Below are positions 28,623 through 38,300 of a stretch of 64,000 nucleotides of DNA, piece by piece. The DNA is from an uncultured virus (IMG/VR IMGVR_UViG_3300044679_000029) (Duplodnaviria; Heunggongvirae; Uroviricota; Caudoviricetes). Position 1 is the first letter of the stretch, and every line of letters starts with the position of its first letter. The notes under the pieces were generated by a model, which saw only the letters and a list, made by a program, of their open reading frames with translations, was not told where the DNA came from and did no database searches. Location: positions 53,102 to 117,101 of IMG/VR virus record IMGVR_UViG_3300044679_000029; one strand, given 5' to 3'. A program made the position numbers and the translations under genes.

Positions 28623-31388
28623 TTAACCACCCACAGGAACTTTACCAAGAACCTTATTTCTATAGTTCATGATAGCTGTGCCCCAGTCCTGGCTTAAATC
28701 CGCGTCCACCGGTTGCGAAATATTACCAGACGTTGCAGGATACTCGACAGGTGGCGTAGCCGAAGCAACCGAATAATTCAGAATTTGGTTATAGTATACT
28801 GCGCCTAAACCGCTTGAGCTGGTAGCTGCGACAGGGTCTATACGCACACCCTTAGGACCAATAAAGTCAATGTACTGATCTAGTGTGCATATGGGACGAG
28901 AACCAGCTATAAGAGCAGACGTAGAGTGCGCTGCTAGTTGCGCGTACAAAGGTTTTAATTGAAAATCTGGCTGGCCGTCTTGAGACGTTGCATTAGATTC
29001 TACTGCAGCCGCCTGTGTCTGACCTGGCAGCGGGGCTGTGACATCAAAATAAATATCATCCGGCGTTTGAGGACTATCAGGGTTGTACACACCTAACGCA
29101 TCACGCCAACTAAATACAGAAACCCGGTTAGCAGGAAGTTGCGCCTGAAAGAATAACTCACTGTAATACTGTGAGGCATTTCCTATGTTTTGGAATGTCT
29201 CGCGTATAATCGGGATTGGGGACGCAGGGCTAGCGTCGAGTGTGCCAGCTTGAAAACCCTGTAAAGTATTAACTTGTGTCTGAAGAGGCGTGACAACCGA
29301 TTGGGCGTTATTGGCGGCGGTTTGTGCGGCATTTAGGTCGGCGCTATCTGTAGCTAATTGTTCTTGCGCCGCGGATACTGCTTGCTGGTCTGCGGTTATA
29401 ACGTCCTCTGATGCGTTAGCCGCCTGGTCTGCGCGTAACTGAGCTTGTGCTGCAGCAACCGCCGCTTGATCGGCTGTTATAGTGGCAGATGATGACTGCT
29501 GAACGCCGGTGAGCGTAGCATTTGCTTCGTCTAAAGCCTGTTGTGCGACCGTTAGATTCGCCTGAGTTAATTGGTAATTAGCGGTATTAATCGCTACGTT
29601 GTCTGCGGCTATAACTGACTCGGCGGCATTTACTTTAGTGTCTGCTGCTAACTTTTCTTGCGCGTCTGTTAACTTTTGCTCCGCGGTTTCAACGTCTACC
29701 TGCTGTGCATTAAAGTTATACCCGGCCGAAAAATTCGTAAACAAACCAATGTCGTTAGCATAGGCATCAAAGAAATCACTAAACGTTTGCGCGTATGTAT
29801 ACCCGATTTGAGTTGAAAATTCGCTGGGCGATAAAGTATGTGTTACAGTAGTGAAATAGGCAAAGACGTGGTTACCAACTTCTAGATTATCAAAGACCAC
29901 ACCGGGATGACCGGCGCATACGTACGGGTCAAATATGGTTACGACCGCACCAGACTTGGCTTGAGCTTGCATTCGTAGAAGTTCAGAGTCAGCATAAAGC
30001 TGATATATGATATTGTTATTAGCTGGAGTATTAGACTGGGATGTTGCCTGTGCTAAATACATAAACCAAGAAGGCGTAGCTTCTCTAGCTACCACTGGAC
30101 CTAAGAAATACTCCGTTGGCCATATTAGAAAGTTCTTACCAGAACGAATCATGTTTGGCTGATTTATTAAAGCCGCAATTTCTTGTTGTGCGCGCGCAGG
30201 AGCGGCGACTGTTGTCGCGTTTAATGCACTGAATCCTGCAGAACCAGACGCATCTGAAAGAATTAACGAAGATATCATTTCATCATTTATGTACGCACGC
30301 GTAGGCTGTTGTTGATAATTTTCACCGTAAGCGAACGACTTAATCATAGACGGGTACAAAACGTTACAGGATGGCGGTACACAAAACTGTAACGCCGGCT
30401 TAGTAACATAATTCATTAGTCGCACTGGATTGGTGGGTGAAGCGGGACCAGAGCCCGGTGTACCGGCTGTGGTGCTACCGCCGTTTGCAAACTGTGGCGG
30501 TCCTTGTACGACGCCGGATAAACTAGTTGTAACAATAGCTGGAGCAGGATTTAGACCAATCTCGTAATAAACCTTTTGGAATATGTTATGAAGAAGTTCC
30601 CACATATTACTCGAATTCGCTATGCGATCCCCTTGTTGTGCTAGAGCGGGCATAAATTGCTTTAAAGCTTCATCTGACTGTACAACTTGCATCAACGGAA
30701 ATAAACTTCCGGGGTATTGACTAAGTTCGGCCTCTAATACGGGCGAGGGCGCGATTCTATTTAAAAAATTATTCTTACGAATCCATCGACTAAAAAAATT
30801 TACCGTTACAGATGATTTGTATTGTTCGTAGCAAGACACCCCACAAAGGGCATTCAATAAATTCGATATAAAGTCAAAAGGTCTGGTTATGAATTTTCCG
30901 CTTGAATTATCTAGGCCCTGATAAAATAATGCCGCCGGAAAAGTAAACTCCGAGATAGGCATCGGGACTAGCGATGCTGGCGGCTCTATTGATCCTTGAA
31001 GAAGATCTCCGTAGTTTGTCATTAGATACGGAAATAACTGAGTAAATATGGAAAAATAATCCACAGCCTGAAACACCATGCTTCGGCCGTTAGACGTATT
31101 CTGATACTGCCAGCCGACTATCTCGCCTTCAGCGAGCAACCTGAAATCAGGCGGTTTTCCTGTGGCCTGCGTATAAGCGTTATCTAAGTAAAAAACTTGT
31201 ACTGGAACCCGGTCCGCCTTTCCTAAACGTATAAGCTCTCTATCAGGAGCGACTTCAATATTTATAGTTGGAAATTGCCATACACCCGAACTAACTGTCA
31301 CGCTAAGCGTCGGGCAGAATTGGCCAGCCACATAGACGATATAGCTGCCTCTTTGTGGTTGATTTGAGGAAAACTGTAGAGTTGCCAT
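28623..31388 (-). CDS. Baseplate hub / tail protein with coiled-coil insertion
   Basis: 921 aa in the baseplate cluster; PPSCNVLYP, FDPYVCAGHPG, VTHTLS; Ala/Gln heptad region. Confidence 0.6.
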   Translation of the reverse strand: MATLQFSSNQPQRGSYIVYVAGQFCPTLSVTVSSGVWQFPTINIEVAPDRELIRLGKADRVPVQVFYLDNAYTQATGKPPDFRLLAEGEIVGWQYQNTSNGRSMVFQAVDYFSIFTQLFPYLMTNYGDLLQGSIEPPASLVPMPISEFTFPAALFYQGLDNSSGKFITRPFDFISNLLNALCGVSCYEQYKSSVTVNFFSRWIRKNNFLNRIAPSPVLEAELSQYPGSLFPLMQVVQSDEALKQFMPALAQQGDRIANSSNMWELLHNIFQKVYYEIGLNPAPAIVTTSLSGVVQGPPQFANGGSTTAGTPGSGPASPTNPVRLMNYVTKPALQFCVPPSCNVLYPSMIKSFAYGENYQQQPTRAYINDEMISSLILSDASGSAGFSALNATTVAAPARAQQEIAALINQPNMIRSGKNFLIWPTEYFLGPVVAREATPSWFMYLAQATSQSNTPANNNIIYQLYADSELLRMQAQAKSGAVVTIFDPYVCAGHPGVVFDNLEVGNHVFAYFTTVTHTLSPSEFSTQIGYTYAQTFSDFFDAYANDIGLFTNFSAGYNFNAQQVDVETAEQKLTDAQEKLAADTKVNAAESVIAADNVAINTANYQLTQANLTVAQQALDEANATLTGVQQSSSATITADQAAVAAAQAQLRADQAANASEDVITADQQAVSAAQEQLATDSADLNAAQTAANNAQSVVTPLQTQVNTLQGFQAGTLDASPASPIPIIRETFQNIGNASQYYSELFFQAQLPANRVSVFSWRDALGVYNPDSPQTPDDIYFDVTAPLPGQTQAAAVESNATSQDGQPDFQLKPLYAQLAAHSTSALIAGSRPICTLDQYIDFIGPKGVRIDPVAATSSSGLGAVYYNQILNYSVASATPPVEYPATSGNISQPVDADLSQDWGTAIMNYRNKVLGKVPVGG

Positions 31389-31402
31389 ATATGTATGTTA
31401 AT

Positions 31403-31957
31403 TTAACTACCGCGTAAAGTCAAGACTGAAGATAAACAAATCGCCGTAGCTATACTACAAACTCTATATACTGGCGACTCCTGTTGAGAAACGTTAGAAC
31501 TTAGAAGATTAAGATGCGGGGTTGGAATACCTCTAGACGCCAGTTCAGCTGACATTCTTGGATACATGGGGTACAACCCGCTTAACGCGGCGTCTACCAC
31601 AGTAGTACGTTTGCGCTGACATAATATTCCGGTGTCAGGGAATAACCCAGGATATAAATCGTTTAGGATTCCGGATAAACCCGTAGTCGCCATATAGAAC
31701 AAAACTGTTCTAGCTATACTAACATTCCAGTTTGAATTAGTACAGTTATTAACGAATGTATTTCGAAATATTTCAGTGTAAGGGTAGTCAGGTTCTGGCG
31801 TAAGAATCTGTGTCTCTATAGCCGACAGAGTAGGTGGGGACATCGATGTTTGTAATGACTCAAAACATACAAGTGTTTCAGGTGTGGGAGGCGGAATCTC
31901 AAAGCCTAGCGGGTAGGCTAGGGGCGCGTTAAGTGAATTCCATCCGTATATTGGCAT
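31403..31957 (-). CDS. Hypothetical tail-cluster protein
   Basis: 184 aa ORF contiguous with its neighbours. Confidence 0.55.
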   Translation of the reverse strand: MPIYGWNSLNAPLAYPLGFEIPPPTPETLVCFESLQTSMSPPTLSAIETQILTPEPDYPYTEIFRNTFVNNCTNSNWNVSIARTVLFYMATTGLSGILNDLYPGLFPDTGILCQRKRTTVVDAALSGLYPMYPRMSAELASRGIPTPHLNLLSSNVSQQESPVYRVCSIATAICLSSVLTLRGS

Positions 31958-31959
31958 AG

Positions 31960-32910
31960 TTAATTACCTGAAGTGTAGTCTTGCGCGGATGGGTCAGATT
32001 CTGGTACTGGTGTATAAGTCCAGTCGTCCATTTGTTGCCCAGTGGTTTCGTCCGCGGGTGGTTCGTTATTATCCTGAGCCGCGTTAGGAGCAAGTCTGGG
32101 GGGAACACCCATAGCAGCAGATAGGGTCATAGGAACAAGTTGCGGTGGCTGTATAACTGACACACCAGTAAGCCCTGCCGTAAAACCAGTATTAAGCTGC
32201 GTAGGTTGCCAGGTTGGTTGAAGTGTTACATCAACCTGAGTTACAATCATCTGGAAGCTAAAATTGTAAGCCATCTGCATCTCTGCGCGCATTGACTTGC
32301 CAACGTTAATCATTGTGCCGGTGACAACCTTGTTATCGTATCGGAGTCTAAGAGTCTGTTGGATATCGGCCATCTTAGACGCACGCAAAACATTATCATA
32401 TAGAATATCAAACGCGGCAGCCCAGTCATCCTGTTTCGTATTAAATAGCCAACCAGAAAAACTCCAGATTGGAGCGTGTTGCCCGAAAACGTAGGTAACG
32501 AAGTCGTCTGATAATACTTCAGATATTTGGTATCGTTCGTCGCGGCGCTCCTCTACTTCTGACAATAGAAAATCTACATAACCAGTTCCGCCGGTTGCTG
32601 ACCCCAATCCATTATCAGTGCCCATCAAAGCCAGTAACATGGGCTGGGCGTCCGGACTCTTAATAGCCCCAAATAACTGTGGATATAGTTGTGACGGATC
32701 TCCCTGAACGTTTATAAACAACCGTGCCTGTGAAGCAATACTGGCGTCACCATTGGAATTATTATACTTTAACTGTGATGCTGGGAACTCAGCATACACA
32801 CCCTGTTCATTAGATGTGACAGTAAGAACTTGTGTTAGAGGCGTAGCTGAAGCTGTGAGACCGGTGGCTCCGCCTAAAATAGTATTCTGTGGGTTTACTG
32901 AATCAGCCAT
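31960..32910 (-). CDS. Putative tail tube initiator / baseplate protein
   Basis: Downstream of tape measure; DFLLSEVEE..ERYQI..YVFGQ..FSG.L pattern. Confidence 0.55.
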   Translation of the reverse strand: MADSVNPQNTILGGATGLTASATPLTQVLTVTSNEQGVYAEFPASQLKYNNSNGDASIASQARLFINVQGDPSQLYPQLFGAIKSPDAQPMLLALMGTDNGLGSATGGTGYVDFLLSEVEERRDERYQISEVLSDDFVTYVFGQHAPIWSFSGWLFNTKQDDWAAAFDILYDNVLRASKMADIQQTLRLRYDNKVVTGTMINVGKSMRAEMQMAYNFSFQMIVTQVDVTLQPTWQPTQLNTGFTAGLTGVSVIQPPQLVPMTLSAAMGVPPRLAPNAAQDNNEPPADETTGQQMDDWTYTPVPESDPSAQDYTSGN

Positions 32911-33094
32911 TGGTGGTCGGCGTGTCCTGTGTAATTAGAGGGATAATTCCTTCATTATTAACTACTACTTCAGCGATAGCTTGAATAGGTAAAACACTAA
33001 CGGCCGGCGTTAATCCACGGCGTGCATTTGCGATTAGAAGTTGAGATATAAAATTTAGAACGTCGACTGGCGAAGGTTTTATAATTATATTCAT
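32903..33094 (-). CDS. Small hypothetical protein
   Basis: Fills the gap between tape measure and the next gene. Confidence 0.45.
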   Translation of the reverse strand: MNIIIKPSPVDVLNFISQLLIANARRGLTPAVSVLPIQAIAEVVVNNEGIIPLITQDTPTTNG

Positions 33095-33095
33095 A

Positions 33096-36000
33096 TTACC
33101 ATCCGTTATCTGGGTTACTTACGGAATCAAGTGCCGGGCCTAGACCTAAATCGCCTAAAGCCTTAGAAATCAAAATAGCACTATGACCAAACGAGGATAC
33201 ACTATCAGAAAATTCCGCCGAGGATTTCGCGAAAGCTTCCATGTTCGCAGCGGTGCTGGCGCTTCCTTCTGCTCCGGTTCTCGCGACAGCTGCGTTTAGA
33301 TCTATAACCTTAGTGGGGTCTAATCCCTTTTGGGCTGCTGCCATTGAATAAACTTTTTGGTCAGATTTTCCGACGGCAGCGTGACCCAAACTCTGTCGTA
33401 GACCAGCTACGCTGGTCACACCAAACGCGTTCTGTATGCCCTTTTCCTGTGCTGTCTGATTAATGCTTTCGCCGGCTAATGTCGCCGCTATTACATTAGA
33501 TCGCTTGTCAGCAGAGGTTGCTCCTCTAAAATGTTCTCTAAGACTACGCATTTCCCCATTACTACTACTTCTAACATCGGTCATTAACGCTTCAAACGCG
33601 GATCGCTGTTTATTCGTCTTTAAGGTTTTACTGAACTTTCGGAGACTTTGTGCGTCACCAAACATAGCTTCTGCAACCCACTTCTCGGCCTCGTTCTTAC
33701 CAGTCGCCCCGCCCTCGAATGCTCTATTCGCGAGACCCTGTAGTTGTACAGATTCGGTTGTAGCCGCTTTATTACTCCAAATACCAGACGAATACTTATT
33801 CATCTCATTGTAGTTTGCTGACCGCGCTGCGTCGTGCACGGCGTCTATAGATGTAGCGTTTTCTATAGCCGTAAGTTCGCCGGCTGCGCCTCTTTCTCGT
33901 GCAACATGCCGCGCTATAAGTTCTGGACTTGTATTATCCTTTGCTGCCTGAAATCCGGCAGAGTGAAGCATTTTAATAGTATTTGGATCAGAAATAAGCG
34001 CTGCACGGTATTGCACGGGAATTTTTTGTAAAGCTTCCTGCATAGCAACATCTGTTGATTTATCCTTACTACCAAAAAGGCCGCCTAATACAGTGTCGCC
34101 GCTAGTGGCTGATGTCGCCAAAGAAGTACCATAGGCATCAATAAATGCCTGAGTTATCGCCTCTGGAACGTTCTTTTTCTTGAGAGCCGCTATAGCTTTA
34201 TCGTTTTGTTGATAATTCTGTGTAGCTGTGTTCTTTGACATCGTATCCAAGCGTCGAGCGTTTCTCTTTAATCTAGTCTCTCCTGCTTGTAAACCCGCTA
34301 TATGTCTTGGTGTGGCAGACATAAGACCCATACCGAGGATACCTTGGATGGGACCCATACCGGGGATACTACTTTGGATGGGACCCATACCTTGGATGGG
34401 ACCCATACCGAGGATACCTTGGATGGTACCCATATCGATGATACTTTGGATGGGACCGGAGCGTGCTAATAATCCAGGTAGACCGCCTTGCGCCTCTGTA
34501 ATACTTAATTGCGCCGCGCCTACGCCGTTTCGTGTTAACATTCTATTATACGCACCACCCACTGTAGGGTCGTGAGACAGATTGTTATAACCAGCGTAAT
34601 CAGCGAAACCGAATGAACGTTTTCCAGCATTTATTCCTATATCGCCAAAATCTTCTACATGTAAGCCCAGAGCAGCGTTACGCTCATTTTGTTCTTTTCC
34701 GGCAAGCCAGTCTCCAACTCTAGCGAAACCGGTATTCCACGCTTCTCCGACGGCACTTATACCGGTGGCTCTTGCTATACCGTGTCCTAATCTAGAGAAC
34801 GCTCCTGGAGCCCGCCGCATCTTCTCAGCATTTTCAACTCTAACTCGTGCGTCTTCATTTTGTGTCTGCTGCATCAAATTCTTATAGGTTTCTGGGTTAG
34901 AATATTGATTTACGAATGCCGTAGCTTCCGTACCGGACATGCCGAACGTATGACGCATAGCGGTAGTCAAAGAGATATTATTACCCATCTCTCTTTGAAC
35001 CATTTTAGCTATCTGTAATTGCATCAACGGCATCATTTCAGGACCGACTGCTTGCGCAAATTGGCTACGAAGTTCTGGCATCTGATTTGCTAGAGCCTGG
35101 ATATCTGCTGGTCCGTGGATGTTGCCTGTACCGCGGGCGATGACAGAAGATAGAGTTCCGCCGGATGACATTAACTCCTTGATACGGCCGGGGTCCAAGG
35201 ACAAATTACCGTTAGCTCCGTGCTGTACTAAGAACGGCATTAATTGCGCTAGACCTTGGCCACCTAAAAATCCTGCGGCGGCGTTAGTACGCGACTGGGC
35301 GACACCAGATACGCCGCCCAGTAGACCCAGTTGAAGATTTGAAATAGACCCTGTATTAACTGCTTGCTGTGCTTGCGCCAAGGATTGTGCCCCAAAACGC
35401 ATTCCTTGGAAACCGCTTAGACCGGCGTTTTGAAACGCTAGTGCTCCAGGCATAGCGCCACGTTCCATAACACCTTGGAAATTTGTACCGGCCATTCTAG
35501 CAGCGGCGTCCATTCCTCGAACAGCTTCTAGCATCTCCGGTCTACTACCGCCCAGTCGGCGCATTTCTCCCATAAGAGAAATAGAGTGACGAATGTCGGG
35601 ATCGCCGATTATTCTAGCAAAAGTTCCAACGATCTTGCTAATATCACGAACTGATGAAATAATCTGATCAGCGTTATGCGCCGCATCTAATAGGCCAACA
35701 TCGCCGGCGTACTGAGTTATATTTACAATATCTCGACGATTAAACATACCATGAGATTGATCGGCTATTTGTCCGGCTGATCTGGCTACGCGCATGGCTC
35801 CTGGAAGAGCTAAACCCTGACCGGTGACGTCCATACCCTGGCCACCAACCATATATCTCTGTGAGGCTTGAGAAAGACGTATACCATATCCGTAGTCTCT
35901 CAACGCAGGTTGAAACATAGCAGACACAGTACCGTGCAAACCTGGGATAGCGTTCGCAGCAATTCCGCCGATAGCTGCGCCGGTCTGTGCCCCGCTAACA

Positions 36001-36590
36001 CCACCGAAATATCCGCCGATACCTGCGCCGATAACCGTCCCTGCGATGTCTGTGAGAGTTGTAGCACCGGCGTTCATAGCCGCGATCTCTTGTGCGGCTG
36101 TATACCTGGCCTGCTGATTGCCGTAATTATAACCCATCATTTCAGGACGGCTGAACATAGACATTTCGGGCATCGCTGGAAATGGTGTATACGGCGTCAT
36201 GGGGCGTTGACGATAATTACCATAACTTAGCGGTGACGGTGTTATATTACGGAACCCGCCAAGCTGGGGCGGGGTAAGATATTGAAACTGCGGCAAATTC
36301 ATAGACGTTTGCCCGTTTATACCACCGGCTATGGCTGCGGTTGCGTACGGCATCTGATATGAAGCTGCCAACGCCGGGTTACTAAATGTGATAGCTGGAG
36401 GCGTAATTGGAGCTGAAGGCGTAATTGGAGCTGGAGGCGTAATTAAGGTATGGTTATAGCTGGTGTAACTACCATATATATTTGGGGCCATTGCTGGCGT
36501 CTGAGAATAGCCAACACCGCCAGACCTGGTTGTGGTGTAGGCGTCAGCACCAATTATATCATTTAAGTCGCGGTCGCTACGGTCTGCCAT
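33096..36590 (-). CDS. Tape measure protein
   Basis: 1164 aa, Ala/Gly/Met-rich and helical, first gene of the tail operon. Confidence 0.75.
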   Translation of the reverse strand: MADRSDRDLNDIIGADAYTTTRSGGVGYSQTPAMAPNIYGSYTSYNHTLITPPAPITPSAPITPPAITFSNPALAASYQMPYATAAIAGGINGQTSMNLPQFQYLTPPQLGGFRNITPSPLSYGNYRQRPMTPYTPFPAMPEMSMFSRPEMMGYNYGNQQARYTAAQEIAAMNAGATTLTDIAGTVIGAGIGGYFGGVSGAQTGAAIGGIAANAIPGLHGTVSAMFQPALRDYGYGIRLSQASQRYMVGGQGMDVTGQGLALPGAMRVARSAGQIADQSHGMFNRRDIVNITQYAGDVGLLDAAHNADQIISSVRDISKIVGTFARIIGDPDIRHSISLMGEMRRLGGSRPEMLEAVRGMDAAARMAGTNFQGVMERGAMPGALAFQNAGLSGFQGMRFGAQSLAQAQQAVNTGSISNLQLGLLGGVSGVAQSRTNAAAGFLGGQGLAQLMPFLVQHGANGNLSLDPGRIKELMSSGGTLSSVIARGTGNIHGPADIQALANQMPELRSQFAQAVGPEMMPLMQLQIAKMVQREMGNNISLTTAMRHTFGMSGTEATAFVNQYSNPETYKNLMQQTQNEDARVRVENAEKMRRAPGAFSRLGHGIARATGISAVGEAWNTGFARVGDWLAGKEQNERNAALGLHVEDFGDIGINAGKRSFGFADYAGYNNLSHDPTVGGAYNRMLTRNGVGAAQLSITEAQGGLPGLLARSGPIQSIIDMGTIQGILGMGPIQGMGPIQSSIPGMGPIQGILGMGLMSATPRHIAGLQAGETRLKRNARRLDTMSKNTATQNYQQNDKAIAALKKKNVPEAITQAFIDAYGTSLATSATSGDTVLGGLFGSKDKSTDVAMQEALQKIPVQYRAALISDPNTIKMLHSAGFQAAKDNTSPELIARHVARERGAAGELTAIENATSIDAVHDAARSANYNEMNKYSSGIWSNKAATTESVQLQGLANRAFEGGATGKNEAEKWVAEAMFGDAQSLRKFSKTLKTNKQRSAFEALMTDVRSSSNGEMRSLREHFRGATSADKRSNVIAATLAGESINQTAQEKGIQNAFGVTSVAGLRQSLGHAAVGKSDQKVYSMAAAQKGLDPTKVIDLNAAVARTGAEGSASTAANMEAFAKSSAEFSDSVSSFGHSAILISKALGDLGLGPALDSVSNPDNGW
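34325..34457 (-). repeat. In-frame tandem repeats (18-30 nt units) in tape measure
   Basis: Repeated TTGGATGGGACCCATACC; protein GPIQSIIDMGTIQGILGMGPIQGMGPIQSSIPGMGPIQGILGMG. Confidence 0.85.
36393..36444 (-). repeat. 18-nt tandem repeat, about 3 copies, in the tape measure N-terminus
   Basis: AGCTG(G/A)AGGCGTAATTGG; protein ITPPAP-ITPSAP-ITPPA. Confidence 0.85.
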
Positions 36591-36625
36591 AGATATCTAA
36601 TTTTAGCGTTCTCATTAACTTGAGC

Positions 36626-36642
36626 AAAAATCTGGTATAAGA
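36626..36642 (+). promoter_or_regulatory. Phage early promoter motif (copy 2)
   Basis: Identical to 1027-1043; sits at a divergent strand switch. Confidence 0.7.
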
Positions 36643-36681
36643 TAATGAAGTCCAAACGTTCGCATTGCGAACTAACCGCGA

Positions 36682-36888
36682 GTGAATATGAAGAGACGAA
36701 GTGTTGAGGCAGCTGTGTACACGGTTGACAGCAAGACAAACGAACCGATTTCTTTTCTCTGCACGGATAAGCGATGCTTGGAGAAGCTAGCCGGCGAAGA
36801 GGTTGTCATCGTGCGACTGAACAGCAAAATCATCAACAAGGAGCAGCCGTACTGCATGTCGTGCAGGACGCCGCTGTCCTACTGCTGA
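36682..36888 (+). CDS. Small Cys-rich hypothetical protein
   Basis: CTDKRC and CMSC motifs. Confidence 0.5.
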   Translation: MNMKRRSVEAAVYTVDSKTNEPISFLCTDKRCLEKLAGEEVVIVRLNSKIINKEQPYCMSCRTPLSYC

Positions 36889-37086
36889 TGCCTACAGATT
36901 TTATGATCGCCACCTGGGTGGGTGCATGTGTGCTGGTCATTTTCGTGATCGACGTCGTCGAAACATACAAAGGGCGCTGATGGTCGGCGCAAGTTGGGAC
37001 AAATACACAAATCCCATGCTCGTGCGCTATTAGAACGAGAGACCGGTTGTCCTTGACATCGGGCAAGTACCTCTTATATTAATTGT

Positions 37087-37287
37087 ATGACAGAACAAGA
37101 ACGACTCGCGGCTATGCACTGTCCAGGACATAAGGACATGGCAATGGTCTGTGAGATTTGCGCAGCCAACGAAATGAAAATAGTAGCCGGAGAAGAGCGG
37201 GCTAAAATCATAGCCGAATTAAAGGTCGGTGGATTTGAGGACGCGGTTAAGAGTTTAGAAGCAGCGATAACTGTTTCTGGCCGCTAG
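37087..37287 (+). CDS. Small hypothetical protein, probably leaderless
   Basis: TTGACA (37053)-16 nt-TATATT (37075) with ATG 6 nt later; stop codon lies inside the tRNA. Confidence 0.55.
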   Translation: MTEQERLAAMHCPGHKDMAMVCEICAANEMKIVAGEERAKIIAELKVGGFEDAVKSLEAAITVSGR

Positions 37288-37350
37288 CTCAATTGGTAGA
37301 GCAGACAATCTATAATTGTCTGGTTCCTGGTTCGATCCCAGGGCGGCCAA
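37278..37350 (+). tRNA. tRNA-Ile(UAU), atypical C33, no encoded CCA
   Basis: Acceptor TGGCCGC/GCGGCCA + A73; D arm GCTC/GAGC; anticodon stem GACAA/TTGTC with loop TCTATAA; T arm CCTGG-TTCGATC-CCAGG. Confidence 0.85.
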
Positions 37351-37358
37351 TTAAAACC

Positions 37359-37387
37359 TTGACTTCGTAGCACGCAGGTGTTATACT
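37359..37387 (+). promoter_or_regulatory. Sigma70-type promoter
   Basis: TTGACT-17 nt-TATACT with extended -10 TG. Confidence 0.75.
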
Positions 37388-37443
37388 AGAGATGTAGCTA
37401 GTGTTGCAAAAAGAAGTAAAACCGTAGCAAAAGGAGTAACACA

Positions 37444-37677
37444 GTGGCACGTGGCCAACCATCCCATATTAAGTGTCGTAGTTGTAAAGGCACGACCGGC
37501 CTTTTTCTTACCGGTCGCAGCAAAACCGTAGCAAAGTACGGTAACCGGACCAACGTCGCGTTGCTTGAAGTTAAGCACGTTGGTTGTGGGCGGGCGTTCT
37601 GGACCAACCACGAGGAAGCAAAGCTTCTCTCGCAGGTTCAACCGGAACTACCGTCGTTAAATGTAGCCAATGGTTAA
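37444..37677 (+). CDS. Small zinc-binding protein
   Basis: AAGGAG RBS and GTG start; CRSC...HVGC. Confidence 0.6.
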   Translation: MARGQPSHIKCRSCKGTTGLFLTGRSKTVAKYGNRTNVALLEVKHVGCGRAFWTNHEEAKLLSQVQPELPSLNVANG

Positions 37678-37683
37678 GCAGCT

Positions 37684-37707
37684 CGACCGGAAGATATCTT
37701 CCGGTCG
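37684..37707. repeat. Perfect 24-bp palindrome
   Basis: CGACCGGAAGAT|ATCTTCCGGTCG, intergenic. Confidence 0.85.
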
Positions 37708-37772
37708 CTGCGTAGAAGCTTGGAATGACGTAATCTACACACTATTCTTTTTTTAGCTTTAGGAGATAACAA

Positions 37773-38300
37773 ATGGCAGAAACGATTGCAGTGAATTATA
37801 CAAACGGTAATACCCCTCTCGATTCAGAACTTACGACCGCTACATTAAATAGCGGGGCGATGACTACTACAGGCATAATAGGTAATATGATTTCAACTTC
37901 GAACATTGGCTCAAGCCTCAATTATAACGGCTGGTACGACAGCCATTGGGCTTCGTACCCCTGGTGGGTGACCAGTACGGCTTACTACACCTATGGCATG
38001 CTACGTGCGAATGTCATTGATGAAAAGGATAGTTACGTCATTGAGTTAGATGTTCCCGGTGTAAAGGGTAAACACGTCAACGCGTCTGTAACTGCGAGAA
38101 CTCTTACCGTTACAGTTAATTTCGGCGACAGGGCTGGAAGTGGCGATAGGCTATCTGGTGATCAAACTCGTTTTTTTTATCTGCCAGAAAATGTTAAGCC
38201 GACATCGTGCTCAGCAACATTAGACGCCGGTGTGCTGTCATTATCATTCTCACGGAATGCTGGACCGAAAACCCATAAGATTGAAATCGAGACCAAGTAA
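37773..38300 (+). CDS. Small heat shock protein (Hsp20/alpha-crystallin)
   Basis: YVIELDVPGV, RFFYLPENV, ATLDAGVLSL, KIEI; AGGAG RBS. Confidence 0.85.
   Translation: MAETIAVNYTNGNTPLDSELTTATLNSGAMTTTGIIGNMISTSNIGSSLNYNGWYDSHWASYPWWVTSTAYYTYGMLRANVIDEKDSYVIELDVPGVKGKHVNASVTARTLTVTVNFGDRAGSGDRLSGDQTRFFYLPENVKPTSCSATLDAGVLSLSFSRNAGPKTHKIEIETK

Noticed and set aside
37308-37318. Reading the tRNA as an amber suppressor (CUA), implying TAG recoding
   Set aside because: The GACAA/TTGTC stem centres TAT, not CTA. Long genes are intact in the standard code, and several end in TAG at sensible positions.
37418-37535. AAAACCGTAGCAAA present twice
   Set aside because: Only two 14-nt copies, one of them coding, with no further pattern.
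37661-37730. Second tRNA (GTAGCCAATGGTTAAGC resembles a D arm)
   Set aside because: No T arm or acceptor stem; the downstream sequence is a palindrome.
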